Source of the DNA: a virus
Lineage: Duplodnaviria; Caudoviricetes
IMG/VR virus record: IMGVR_UViG_3300027887_000021
Coordinates: 1-44,507 of that record
Strand: one strand, 5' to 3'
DNA: 44,507 bases
Program-made: the position numbers and the translations under genes
Part shown: positions 27,785-35,812 of the stretch, piece by piece
Numbering within the stretch: the stretch's first letter is position 1
Layout: every line of letters begins with the position of its first letter
The notes under the pieces: generated by a model
The model's input: only the letters and a program-made list of their open reading frames with translations
The model's database searches: none
What the model was told of the DNA's origin: nothing

Positions 27785-28476
27785 ACTATGCCAAGGTCCT
27801 AAAGGGCAACGATTGCCACGAGCCCAAAGGCTCATCGAAGGGTGGACAGTTCTGCAGGTCCCAGGCTCGTGTTGGTGGCGAGACGGCTGCTAGCAATGGC
27901 TACTTCTACAAAGGCGGGCAATTCCTTCCGAGCACCGAGGACCCACCCGGCACTTATCGTATTGGCAAGAAGCGGTACAAGGTAAGGCGAGAAGAGGTGG
28001 CCCCTGGAGAGTTTGCAGAGCAGCCTACTCCTACTTCTAGAGCCATCTATCCCCAGGTGGCTTTCTTTGCAAGGAGAGCTTCTTCTGGTGCCCTTGAGTT
28101 TATCCCTGGAGCTAAAGATGCTACTGGGGCTTCTCTAGATGTTGATAAAGAGGTGCGATTTGGCATCAAGGGTTTTCTTGGCAAGAACTCCGTGTCTCTG
28201 CGGACTCTTCTCGACAGATACAATCAAGGTGAGCGTTGGTTTGATATCGGAGAGTTAGAGGGCACTTCGTTACGAGAGCCCAAGTTGGATCGCTATGTAG
28301 AAGGCAAGGGTTACGCTCATGCCTCTAGCAATGAGGGCTGGAAGTTCTCTCGGGTAATGCGCCCAACAGGCTCCGATAGAGAGTGGATTGTGCAGGTAGA
28401 TGCCGAGGGTCACGAGCGGTATATCGGTTATGTGGGCGGCAAAGAAGTCATCCGTAGGAATAGGCCGAAGAGATGA
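27781..28476 (+). CDS. N-terminally tagged protein B
   Basis: starts MNYAKVLKGNDCHEPKGSSKGGQFC; ATGA-coupled. Confidence 0.75.
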   Translation: MNYAKVLKGNDCHEPKGSSKGGQFCRSQARVGGETAASNGYFYKGGQFLPSTEDPPGTYRIGKKRYKVRREEVAPGEFAEQPTPTSRAIYPQVAFFARRASSGALEFIPGAKDATGASLDVDKEVRFGIKGFLGKNSVSLRTLLDRYNQGERWFDIGELEGTSLREPKLDRYVEGKGYAHASSNEGWKFSRVMRPTGSDREWIVQVDAEGHERYIGYVGGKEVIRRNRPKR

Positions 28477-29123
28477 GCTACGCACGTATCCTCAAAGGCA
28501 ACGAGTGCCACGAGCCCCCTGGTAGTTCTAGAGGCGGGCAATTTTGTTCTAGTGGGACTTCAGCGACTTTGCCGCCTGATGTGGTGCAGACGTTTTTTGA
28601 GCTGGGTGACAGTCAACGTGGCAAGCCTGAGATTGCAATGACGAAGGCTCAGTTCGCTTTAGGAGGTGGAGTGCTGTCTGTTGCCATTGAGCATACGGGT
28701 GATCTTACGCACCGGATGACGGATCAATTGAAGTATGGTTCCGCTGGCTACGGCAACGTCAAATCCAAAGTGGACAAGGTCCTCAACTTGTTGCGGTCTG
28801 GTTATGGGTTCAGACGAGAGTACGTTGAGAACCTGGAGGACAACGCTGACTTTGCCAAGGTGCCTCGTGGTGAGTATATGGGCAAAGCGATTGCTGCTCT
28901 CGATGTCTATGCTAGAGAGCATTCGAAGCTCAGGGTGTATAACGAGGCACAATGGCACGCTCGTGAAGCAGCTATTGCGTTAGGAGGGAGGGACTTTTCC
29001 AAAGCAACGATGCATCTTTCTGCCCTTGAAAAGAAGTTGAAGACAAAGGAGGAGTGGACTGCTTATGCCACTCAGTTTGAGAGAGCTAGCGATGGCAAGC
29101 TAAAAGAATTTCGAGTTGACTAG
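28473..29123 (+). CDS. N-terminally tagged protein C
   Basis: starts MSYARILKGNECHEPPGSSRGGQFC; ATGA-coupled. Confidence 0.75.
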   Translation: MSYARILKGNECHEPPGSSRGGQFCSSGTSATLPPDVVQTFFELGDSQRGKPEIAMTKAQFALGGGVLSVAIEHTGDLTHRMTDQLKYGSAGYGNVKSKVDKVLNLLRSGYGFRREYVENLEDNADFAKVPRGEYMGKAIAALDVYAREHSKLRVYNEAQWHAREAAIALGGRDFSKATMHLSALEKKLKTKEEWTAYATQFERASDGKLKEFRVD

Positions 29124-29152
29124 CTCCTGTTCGCTGGCTAAGCTGCCTCCTT

Positions 29153-29476
29153 ATGGACGATCAATTCAAATTCCTTGGGCAGGATGAGATTGCCCGCGAG
29201 CTGAAGAAGCACCGGTCTCTGAAGCACGAGCAAGCGTATTGGCTGGCGTTTTCTCAGGTCCTCAACACGAGACGCACCTTCACCTCCGACACTATCCGAG
29301 AGATGCTGGAAGGCCGCATAGAGCCTTACAGTCCCTCCTGGTGGGGTGGCATGTTTCGCTGGATGCTCAACCGAGCCCTCAGTGCTGGGCTTATTGTCAA
29401 GATGAAACATCCCGTTGTGTCAAAGCGTCCAGTCGCCCATGGTCGCAAGCTGGCGCAGTACAAAGTTCTGCGGTGA
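29153..29476 (+). CDS. hypothetical protein, winged-helix-like
   Basis: FTSDTIR...WWGGMF...GLI...SKRPVAHGR pattern. Confidence 0.6.
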   Translation: MDDQFKFLGQDEIARELKKHRSLKHEQAYWLAFSQVLNTRRTFTSDTIREMLEGRIEPYSPSWWGGMFRWMLNRALSAGLIVKMKHPVVSKRPVAHGRKLAQYKVLR

Positions 29477-29688
29477 CCGAGGACCTGACAAATTTTGCGT
29501 GTACCCGGTGCGGCAAAGTCATGTCCTGCTATTCTGAGGTGGGCTATGACGGTCCTGCCGATGATCTCAATATCACTGATGAGTGCTGGTTAGCTGGAAT
29601 GGGTTGGGAGACGTTGTGTCATGCCTGTGCCAAAGACCGAGGTGGACCTGTTTGTACAGCAAGCTCGATTACTGCGGCAGGAAGTTGA
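29473..29688 (+). CDS. small Zn-finger protein
   Basis: CTRC...CHAC; GTGA coupling. Confidence 0.5.
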   Translation: MTEDLTNFACTRCGKVMSCYSEVGYDGPADDLNITDECWLAGMGWETLCHACAKDRGGPVCTASSITAAGS

Positions 29689-29735
29689 AACTCTCAGGCA
29701 CGCTTTTGATCGACTGCTGAAAGAGTTGAAGCAAC

Positions 29736-29954
29736 ATGGCATTTCTCTTCCCGACGATTCCAAAGATCACGGATGACGAAGTACACGATTTAATTGATAG
29801 ACTTACCCACAGCGCAAGGCGACAGAAAGACAGGAGAGTGTCTGCGCCTTGTCCGTGGTTGTTGATGGAGCAAGCAGCAATTGTCTTGGGGAGGTTGTTA
29901 GATGATAGACAAGATCTCAGATTCAAAATCAGTTCTTTGGGAAGAGATTCTTGA
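29736..29954 (+). CDS. small hypothetical protein
   Basis: ORF on the coding strand filling a gap. Confidence 0.45.
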   Translation: MAFLFPTIPKITDDEVHDLIDRLTHSARRQKDRRVSAPCPWLLMEQAAIVLGRLLDDRQDLRFKISSLGRDS

Positions 29955-30041
29955 AGTTCTGATCGGTGTAGTAGGCATAGTAGGTGCAATTTATTTGCTG
30001 TGGACTCTCACAGTGTTTCTCAGTCCTTAGGAGATATATCA

Positions 30042-30281
30042 ATGGCAACAGAAGACTCGCGCTATAACGTCCGCATTATTCTTGAGATCAAGGATGCTAC
30101 CACTGGGGCTGAGACTCCGTTTAGTAGAACTATTCAAGAATATTCTGATATGAATTACGAGTATATGCAGCAACTTCAAGCAGTGGCTATTCCTGCTTTG
30201 ATGAACACCCTACTTGGAATGGGAAACGCAGTATCTGATGAGATCAAGGGTAAGCGTTTGGCTAAGGGTCATAATAAGTAA
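30042..30281 (+). CDS. hypothetical protein
   Basis: AGGAG RBS; followed by hairpin. Confidence 0.65.
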   Translation: MATEDSRYNVRIILEIKDATTGAETPFSRTIQEYSDMNYEYMQQLQAVAIPALMNTLLGMGNAVSDEIKGKRLAKGHNK

Positions 30282-30290
30282 GTCAATATC

Positions 30291-30325
30291 GGCTAGGTCT
30301 TTCGGGGCCTAGCCAACCTTCTTTC
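30291..30325 (+). terminator. hairpin, possible terminator
   Basis: GGCTAGGTC...GGCCTAGCC around a TTCG loop; weak U tail. Confidence 0.5.
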
Positions 30326-30337
30326 TAGGGGAGTGTT

Positions 30338-31180
30338 ATGAGCAAAGAAACTCGACTGATCTGGGGCGGCATCTTTATCATTGTGGTGCTGCTGCTAGTG
30401 TTTACTTGCGGGGCAGCCCATGGCAGTCCTGGTGATGACGGCTGTGTGGGTAATTGTGATGGGGACAATGGAAACAACGGTGTCTCATCTATTGCTAATA
30501 CGGTTACTACTACTAGCAATCCAACCAATACGGTGAACAATACCAGTAACCCAACCAACCAAGTTTCTAATACTAATAATCCCACCAACACTGTAACTAC
30601 TACTGTCAGTCCAGTTACGTCAGTTAGTACTGTGATGTCTCCCACCAATACCGTGTCGGTGTCGAGTCCCAATACCAATACCAACAAGGTTTCCAATACC
30701 AATAGGAACACCAACAATTCCAGTGCGAATGCAACTGGAGGTATTGGCTATGGTGGAAATTCCACTGCCGGAGCTAATTCTATTAGTGGCGGGGGTTCTG
30801 CTGTTTCTAGTATTGGCCCTCAAACCACCAACGTGAGCGTAACGGAAAACAACCCAGGTAACATTCGATATGGGGGTTCCTATACGGTTAAGTCTGTTGG
30901 TGTGGCTCCTGACATTAGCACTTACAGTACTGCTCCCTGCCGTGTGGCTATTGGTGCTTCCGGGGGGTGGATTGGAGGCTCTGTTGGCTTCGCTGGCAGC
31001 GTTCTGGATGACGGTTGTGATGTCTGGAGAGATCATGTGAACCTGCGGGCTTCTGGGCACCTTGATGGTGCCAACATTCGACTGTGTGATAAGCCTGAGC
31101 TTGCCAAGGTCCTGGACTTCTGCAAGAAGGAGGGCAGAGATACTTCTGTAGCCGCTTCTACTTCTGGGTTCGTACACTGA
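30338..31180 (+). CDS. exported or membrane-anchored Thr/Asn-repeat protein
   Basis: hydrophobic N-terminus, (S/N)NPTNTV repeats, Cys-containing C-terminal domain. Confidence 0.7.
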   Translation: MSKETRLIWGGIFIIVVLLLVFTCGAAHGSPGDDGCVGNCDGDNGNNGVSSIANTVTTTSNPTNTVNNTSNPTNQVSNTNNPTNTVTTTVSPVTSVSTVMSPTNTVSVSSPNTNTNKVSNTNRNTNNSSANATGGIGYGGNSTAGANSISGGGSAVSSIGPQTTNVSVTENNPGNIRYGGSYTVKSVGVAPDISTYSTAPCRVAIGASGGWIGGSVGFAGSVLDDGCDVWRDHVNLRASGHLDGANIRLCDKPELAKVLDFCKKEGRDTSVAASTSGFVH

Positions 31181-31181
31181 T

Positions 31182-31274
31182 ATGGATACTCAGTATCTCA
31201 TTTTCATAGTGGCGTGGTTTTGCTTTTCAATCGGGTTCCTTATCGGTGCATGGTGGGGGGGCAAACCGCAGTGA
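31182..31274 (+). CDS. 30 aa membrane peptide (MDTQYLIFIVAWFCFSIGFLIGAWWGGKPQ)
   Basis: read by hand; single TM; GTGA-coupled to next gene. Confidence 0.5.
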   Translation: MDTQYLIFIVAWFCFSIGFLIGAWWGGKPQ

Positions 31275-31504
31275 ACCAAGACACTGAACGCTTCTTTTCA
31301 GATGTGTTGTTGTGGAGTTCTGTATTGCGGGATCGCTGTCATCAAGTCATCAATTCTGGCGAGCCAGAATTTCAAGGTCCGCTCAATCGAGTGTGGTCTG
31401 CATTGGATCTGCTCGATCTAGCGGTGCATTCAGCTAAAAACGATATGTTAACCAAGGAGAGCATCAATGATCCGCAAGTGCGCCGGGGTGGTACTCAAAC
31501 CTAG
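31271..31504 (+). CDS. hypothetical protein
   Basis: coupled ORF. Confidence 0.5.
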   Translation: MNQDTERFFSDVLLWSSVLRDRCHQVINSGEPEFQGPLNRVWSALDLLDLAVHSAKNDMLTKESINDPQVRRGGTQT

Positions 31505-31700
31505 AGCTAATAGTTACATCATGGAGGAGGTGTTTTGTGAGCATCGCTGGAAGTGTATGCGCTTTGTCCATACCACCAGCAATCCGCCGGGCGATTTCTT
31601 TTTCCCTAAGGAGGTATATCCTCAGTGTGAGGAGTACCTGGAGCTTCCTAGGGAGATGCAAGATGGCTATTCTCAGCATCAATTCGGTCAGCACGGCTAG
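31467..31700 (+). CDS. small four-Cys protein
   Basis: AAGGAG RBS; paralog of 31851..32042. Confidence 0.6.
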   Translation: MIRKCAGVVLKPRANSYIMEEVFCEHRWKCMRFVHTTSNPPGDFFFPKEVYPQCEEYLELPREMQDGYSQHQFGQHG

Positions 31701-31854
31701 AGACAAAGCAGCCAAATTCTTTGATGGGGTGTCCCCCTGGATCATCGTGGGTGGTGGGTTAGTTCTTGTTGTGGTGGGCAGTAAGCTGGTATCTATTGCG
31801 GGTGGGGCAGCGATCTTCTATGGCATTTACCTGTGGATCAGTCACAACGCATGA
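31663..31854 (+). CDS. small membrane protein
   Basis: two hydrophobic segments; GGAG RBS. Confidence 0.55.
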   Translation: MAILSINSVSTARDKAAKFFDGVSPWIIVGGGLVLVVVGSKLVSIAGGAAIFYGIYLWISHNA

Positions 31855-32042
31855 AGCACTGCCTAGGGTTCCTGCTGACTGCCAACCCACTGAAGAGTGA
31901 TGACCGGATGGCTTCTATCCCTTGTTGGTCAAGGGATACGTGTGGTCTGTTTCTCAATCCGATCCATTTGTCAACGACGTTTTTGTTCCCTACTTCGTTG
32001 TATCCTACCTGTCCCTACTACTCTGAACTAGACGAGCCATGA
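31851..32042 (+). CDS. small four-Cys protein
   Basis: CxG...CxxRxxC..F...FP...YPxCxxY shared with 31467..31700. Confidence 0.55.
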   Translation: MKHCLGFLLTANPLKSDDRMASIPCWSRDTCGLFLNPIHLSTTFLFPTSLYPTCPYYSELDEP

Positions 32043-32326
32043 GCAAAGTGCAGGTTACCGGATTGACTGTTACCACCCCTGATGGCTCGCACCTCTACCT
32101 GACAATGGAAGAGGCAAAGGAGCTGTTTGATTCGCTATCTCTGATATTTGGTCGGCCCCCCACTACCACTGTACCGGTCATCTATCCGATCTACACTGAA
32201 CGCTCACATCCGTACATCTATTGGTATGAGAACAGCGGGGGCCTTGACCAGCCTACCTATTGGGCCGGGCAGCAGACCTTCAATTCTGGTATGACGCTTT
32301 CATACAAGGCAGTAGAGTCCACTTAG
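32039..32326 (+). CDS. hypothetical protein
   Basis: LTMEEAKELFDSL motif; ATGA-coupled. Confidence 0.6.
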   Translation: MSKVQVTGLTVTTPDGSHLYLTMEEAKELFDSLSLIFGRPPTTTVPVIYPIYTERSHPYIYWYENSGGLDQPTYWAGQQTFNSGMTLSYKAVEST

Positions 32327-32407
32327 CCCTACGACCCAGGAAGGGTGCTCAAATCGAGGCAGACCGCATGAGGAGGGAGATAGCGGATCACCCTTCCTGG
32401 CGAGGGC
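32326..32407. ncRNA. candidate structured RNA (three-way junction)
   Basis: perfect 12-bp stem 32336-32347 / 32389-32400 enclosing two small hairpins; intergenic. Confidence 0.4.
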
Positions 32408-32477
32408 GGGCATTGACAATCTCTCTAGCGTATTGTTGACTATGCACTCGTTCTTCATGCCACCGAGTATCGAGTGT

Positions 32478-32801
32478 ATGATGAATGACCCTGTCATCAT
32501 GGAGTTGTGGGGCACAGACGATGCACTGGGCTATGCCAAGCTAGAGCCCAGCCATGTAAAGAAGGGACAGGTGTTCTTCAAGCCAGCCCAGGTGCATGTC
32601 TTCCCTATGGTGGGCACCGTTCAAAAACGCATCGTCACACATTTCCAGGTGATGAGTTCCGAGGGTGATATTCTGCTTAGCGGGCCTGCTGATGAGATCT
32701 TCACCACCCTGGTAGCTATCACTGGCGACATGGTGGCTGTGAAAGGTGCAGAGCCCAAAGAGACTTTGCATCTCACCAATCTGTCCTTTTCTCTAGCGTG
32801 A
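32478..32801 (+). CDS. hypothetical protein (start uncertain)
   Basis: ORF on coding strand. Confidence 0.5.
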   Translation: MMNDPVIMELWGTDDALGYAKLEPSHVKKGQVFFKPAQVHVFPMVGTVQKRIVTHFQVMSSEGDILLSGPADEIFTTLVAITGDMVAVKGAEPKETLHLTNLSFSLA

Positions 32802-32814
32802 AATCAATATCACT

Positions 32815-33129
32815 GTGAGCACCGATACCATCAAAAAGCTGGCAAGCGAGTCCCTTCCCATTTTCCAGGTACTCAAAGATCTACCCCCGAGCCCCTATCG
32901 CAATAAGCTCCTGCTCTTGACGGCAGAGCTAATCGACCAGGGTGAAGAGCGTCACGCCAAGATGCTGGTGGGCGATTTTCTGATAGCCGCCGGGATGATT
33001 CTAGGCTCCTATCCTAACGATGAGCCTGGATTCATGGAGGAGGTCCACAACATCCTGGACAACAGCAAGCGGGCCATGGAGGACCTCCTAGAGCGTACTC
33101 GCAAGCTTCGCAACAACTCCCTCAACTGA
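32815..33129 (+). CDS. hypothetical protein
   Basis: ORF on coding strand. Confidence 0.55.
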   Translation: MSTDTIKKLASESLPIFQVLKDLPPSPYRNKLLLLTAELIDQGEERHAKMLVGDFLIAAGMILGSYPNDEPGFMEEVHNILDNSKRAMEDLLERTRKLRNNSLN

Positions 33130-33136
33130 GGTAACC

Positions 33137-33310
33137 ATGGCCGAGGAATCAGGCAAGACCCTGCACGCACAAATCAAGTCCTGTACCTGCTACAACGAAG
33201 GCCAGGACCTTTTGCATGGTAAAGGCAAGCGAGTCTTCAATCCCTTCAAGATGAAGGATGGCAAGACCCTCAACTATCGCTGCACGGTGTGCGGCAAAGA
33301 GCAGGCATAA
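33137..33310 (+). CDS. small Zn-binding protein, 57 aa, not in the ORF track
   Basis: GAGGT RBS; CTC...QD..HGKG.RV.N...RCTVC. Confidence 0.65.
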   Translation: MAEESGKTLHAQIKSCTCYNEGQDLLHGKGKRVFNPFKMKDGKTLNYRCTVCGKEQA

Positions 33311-33312
33311 CC

Positions 33313-33492
33313 ATGGCAGCCTTTCTTTGCATGTGGTTTGAGGACCAGGATGGCAATTGGGATACCCAGTGCGGGCACAAGTTCACTTTCACTGATGGTG
33401 ATCCCGAAGCCAATGGCTTCGAATATTGTCCCTACTGTGGCAAGACCCTAGTGGAATCACCCCATGAGCCAGACGACAGACCTGACACCTAA
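33313..33492 (+). CDS. small Zn-ribbon protein
   Basis: WDTQCG...FEYCPYCG. Confidence 0.6.
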   Translation: MAAFLCMWFEDQDGNWDTQCGHKFTFTDGDPEANGFEYCPYCGKTLVESPHEPDDRPDT

Positions 33493-33922
33493 AACCTCGC
33501 TCTACCTTGAGCTGTGGGGGGCAAACTCTAATGGCGACCAATACCTAGCCCTCTCCTTCCCCTTCAAGTTCTACGCAACCCCCCAGGTAGTACCTCTCAT
33601 TGTCACTCAAGCCCTGCTTTTCCCGATGGTGCAAATCTGTCGGCAAGATACCGAAGACATTCTCTTCCTCACTAACCTCAACAATGTGGGCAAGGTAGTC
33701 ACTAAAGGTAGCGATGCAGAGGTTCTAATCCCCGTAGACGCTATCAAAGCGTACTACCTAACCCATCCCCCTATGCATTTCCCCCAGGTCCTGCCTACCT
33801 ACTACATCCCCCATGTGGGCATAACCCTAGATCTGCGCCCCTGCCTGTACAAATACAAAGGCACCCCCTTCCACTATCCGTACTACAACACCCCTCCCTA
33901 TACACACATTCCCTTAGAATAA
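33464..33922 (+). CDS. hypothetical protein
   Basis: 152 aa ORF in C-rich DNA. Confidence 0.45.
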   Translation: MSQTTDLTPKTSLYLELWGANSNGDQYLALSFPFKFYATPQVVPLIVTQALLFPMVQICRQDTEDILFLTNLNNVGKVVTKGSDAEVLIPVDAIKAYYLTHPPMHFPQVLPTYYIPHVGITLDLRPCLYKYKGTPFHYPYYNTPPYTHIPLE

Positions 33923-33979
33923 TTGTTAGACTATAATCCCTCACATTACATCACCCTCATTGTCAACGGAATCGCGGGC

Positions 33980-34870
33980 ATGAAGTTAGGCAAACGTCCC
34001 CCAGGCAGACCCAAGAAAGACTATCAGAAAGACATACAGAAGATTCAGCATATCTCTAATTTGCTCTCTTCTTCTAAGCCCACTCAGCCCACGAAGAAAG
34101 CACTCAAGTTCACTAAAGCACTCAAAGAGTATGCGGGCAAATCCGACACCGATCTTCTAAAACTCTCCGCGCCTATTGACGATACGCGAGAATTCGGCGA
34201 ACGCGCAGAAGTAGAATCACCCGATGCAAGACTCGTTTATATCCATAGAGCCCTACTCAGAAACGATACTCCCCAAGAGATAGCTAAAGCACTAAAGATC
34301 TCAGTCCCCCAGGTATACAAGTTCAGGCAGCAACTGCTCAGTGCAATTAGATGCACTGTGGATACCCTCGATCTACCCCTCACTATAGGAGAGACCCTGC
34401 ACTTCTACGAGCACTGTAAGTCTACAGCCCTCAGATACGCAGATCCCGATGCACTCACATCCCCCCGGCTCAAGCTAGAGGCAATCAGGACAGCACTATC
34501 AGCAGAGAAGGACAAGACTACATACATGCAATTAATTGGCATATACAACAACAACCTCAACCAGGACCTGTCTCTGTCGTTCTCTTCTCTTCACTCCAAA
34601 GCCGATATCATAGAACAGGCAGAGGCATCCCCTGACAACATACAGCTACTCGTTTCACATCTCAAAGAGATTGCCCAGCAACGGCAATCCCCCTCCCCAG
34701 TGACATCAAGTTCACTTATTCCAGAACATACCGATATTAATCCTCTTCAATACGACACTTCCGATGATATGCCACATCCTACCGAGGATATGCCCGCCCT
34801 CGACCCCCTCGATCCGGGCTATCCGGGTGATAATGAGATCACTTTCGAGCCCCCGCCAGACGAGATTTAG
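33980..34870 (+). CDS. putative terminase small subunit (HTH)
   Basis: GRPKK motif, HTH TPQEIAKALKISVPQVYK, acidic tail; upstream of terL; start uncertain. Confidence 0.55.
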   Translation: MKLGKRPPGRPKKDYQKDIQKIQHISNLLSSSKPTQPTKKALKFTKALKEYAGKSDTDLLKLSAPIDDTREFGERAEVESPDARLVYIHRALLRNDTPQEIAKALKISVPQVYKFRQQLLSAIRCTVDTLDLPLTIGETLHFYEHCKSTALRYADPDALTSPRLKLEAIRTALSAEKDKTTYMQLIGIYNNNLNQDLSLSFSSLHSKADIIEQAEASPDNIQLLVSHLKEIAQQRQSPSPVTSSSLIPEHTDINPLQYDTSDDMPHPTEDMPALDPLDPGYPGDNEITFEPPPDEI

Positions 34871-34902
34871 TATTACCCCAGTAATACTCGGCCCCTCCAG
34901 GC

Positions 34903-34930
34903 ATTTAACATAATAGCGATTATGCGTAAT
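34903..34930 (-). other. dif-like XerC/XerD recombination site
   Basis: minus strand reads ATTACGCATAA-TCGCTA-TTATGTTAAAT; XerD arm identical to E. coli dif, XerC arm 8/11. Confidence 0.85.
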
Positions 34931-35120
34931 TCTAAAAACGCTTATGAACCCACTGAATCAAGCACTTACAGAGCACTTCGAAAATTATTCAGCGTAATAC
35001 TGATCTATACAGTACGTAAGTTATTGATTCTTCGTAGCGCGACCTGGGCACTCTCCCCGGCTCGGCGTAACACCCAGCTCGGTCCCGGCTCGTTGCCTCT
35101 AACGCTGGGAGCCCAGGCCA

Positions 35121-35184
35121 GGGGGGAACCCAAATCAAAAAAGACCCCCCTGATGAGGGGGGTGCAATTATTTGGGACCCCCCC
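35121..35184. repeat. 64-bp imperfect palindrome
   Basis: G6..CCCAAAT..ACCCCCCT-GATG-AGGGGGGT..ATTTGGG..C6. Confidence 0.75.
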
Positions 35185-35214
35185 GCTGAGGCGAGTGAAA
35201 TTATTGAAGTGCTG

Positions 35215-35607
35215 ATGAGACAGGTATTAAAGGGTGGGGGGTGCTTTCGGGTCCCCAGTAAACATCTGCGGCTGGTGTGGCACTGGGATTACTATGACCA
35301 CCCCTTGAAGGGGTTGTGTCGGGTAAACGGGAGGTTAATGAGGTTTGAGAGAGCCTACGGTGCAGCGAAGTACCGGGTGTATGAGCTGAGTAGGTGGCAG
35401 AAGATCAGGGTCCTGGTACACAAGGCTATCTTTGAGGTGTGTGTCGGCAGGCATTGCAGTTACCCGGATCGGTTAGAGGGAGTGAGATTTCACTTGCGGG
35501 GTAGGACTCATTCTTTGTTGATGTGGGGGTACTACCGTGCCCGCCGACTCTTTCCTCAGGCGTTTCATCCTTTCCAGAGCTTTCCAATTGGAAAAGGGAA
35601 GAGATGA
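35215..35607 (+). CDS. hypothetical protein
   Basis: plausible protein composition (WHWDYYDHPLKGLC...FEVCVG.H.SYP); start uncertain. Confidence 0.55.
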   Translation: MRQVLKGGGCFRVPSKHLRLVWHWDYYDHPLKGLCRVNGRLMRFERAYGAAKYRVYELSRWQKIRVLVHKAIFEVCVGRHCSYPDRLEGVRFHLRGRTHSLLMWGYYRARRLFPQAFHPFQSFPIGKGKR

Positions 35608-35748
35608 AATGTGTTAGTGCAATTTTTTTTAGTGGGGTCTGGAGGATAAGTGATATTGATTGCCCAACTTTTCTTATCTGGCTCTATTCGGGCGATTTTC
35701 CCTGTTCCGGAACTTCACTTGACTTTTTCGATTCTGTACTGTCGGGAA

Positions 35749-35812
35749 TAACTTGGGGGGTAACCTGGGGGGTACTTGTGGGGTACTTGTGGGGTGTTGC
35801 CGGGGTACTTTG
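35749..35812 (+). repeat. 11-12 bp G-rich tandem repeat
   Basis: TAACTTGGGGGG, TAACCTGGGGGG, TACTTGTGGGG x2, TGTTGCCGGGG, TACTTTG. Confidence 0.8.

Noticed and set aside
34998-35014. TACTG-N7-CAGTA as a LexA/SOS box
   Set aside because: The canonical box needs CTG-N10-CAG and the spacing here is 7; kept only as a small dyad between the IHF sites.
35121-35184. Protelomerase telRL site
   Set aside because: The palindrome is interrupted and imperfect, and no protelomerase is present in the window.
35215-35238. MRQVLKGG as a fourth copy of the N-terminal tag
   Set aside because: Only VLKG matches; the YA, N.CH.P and GGQFC elements are missing.
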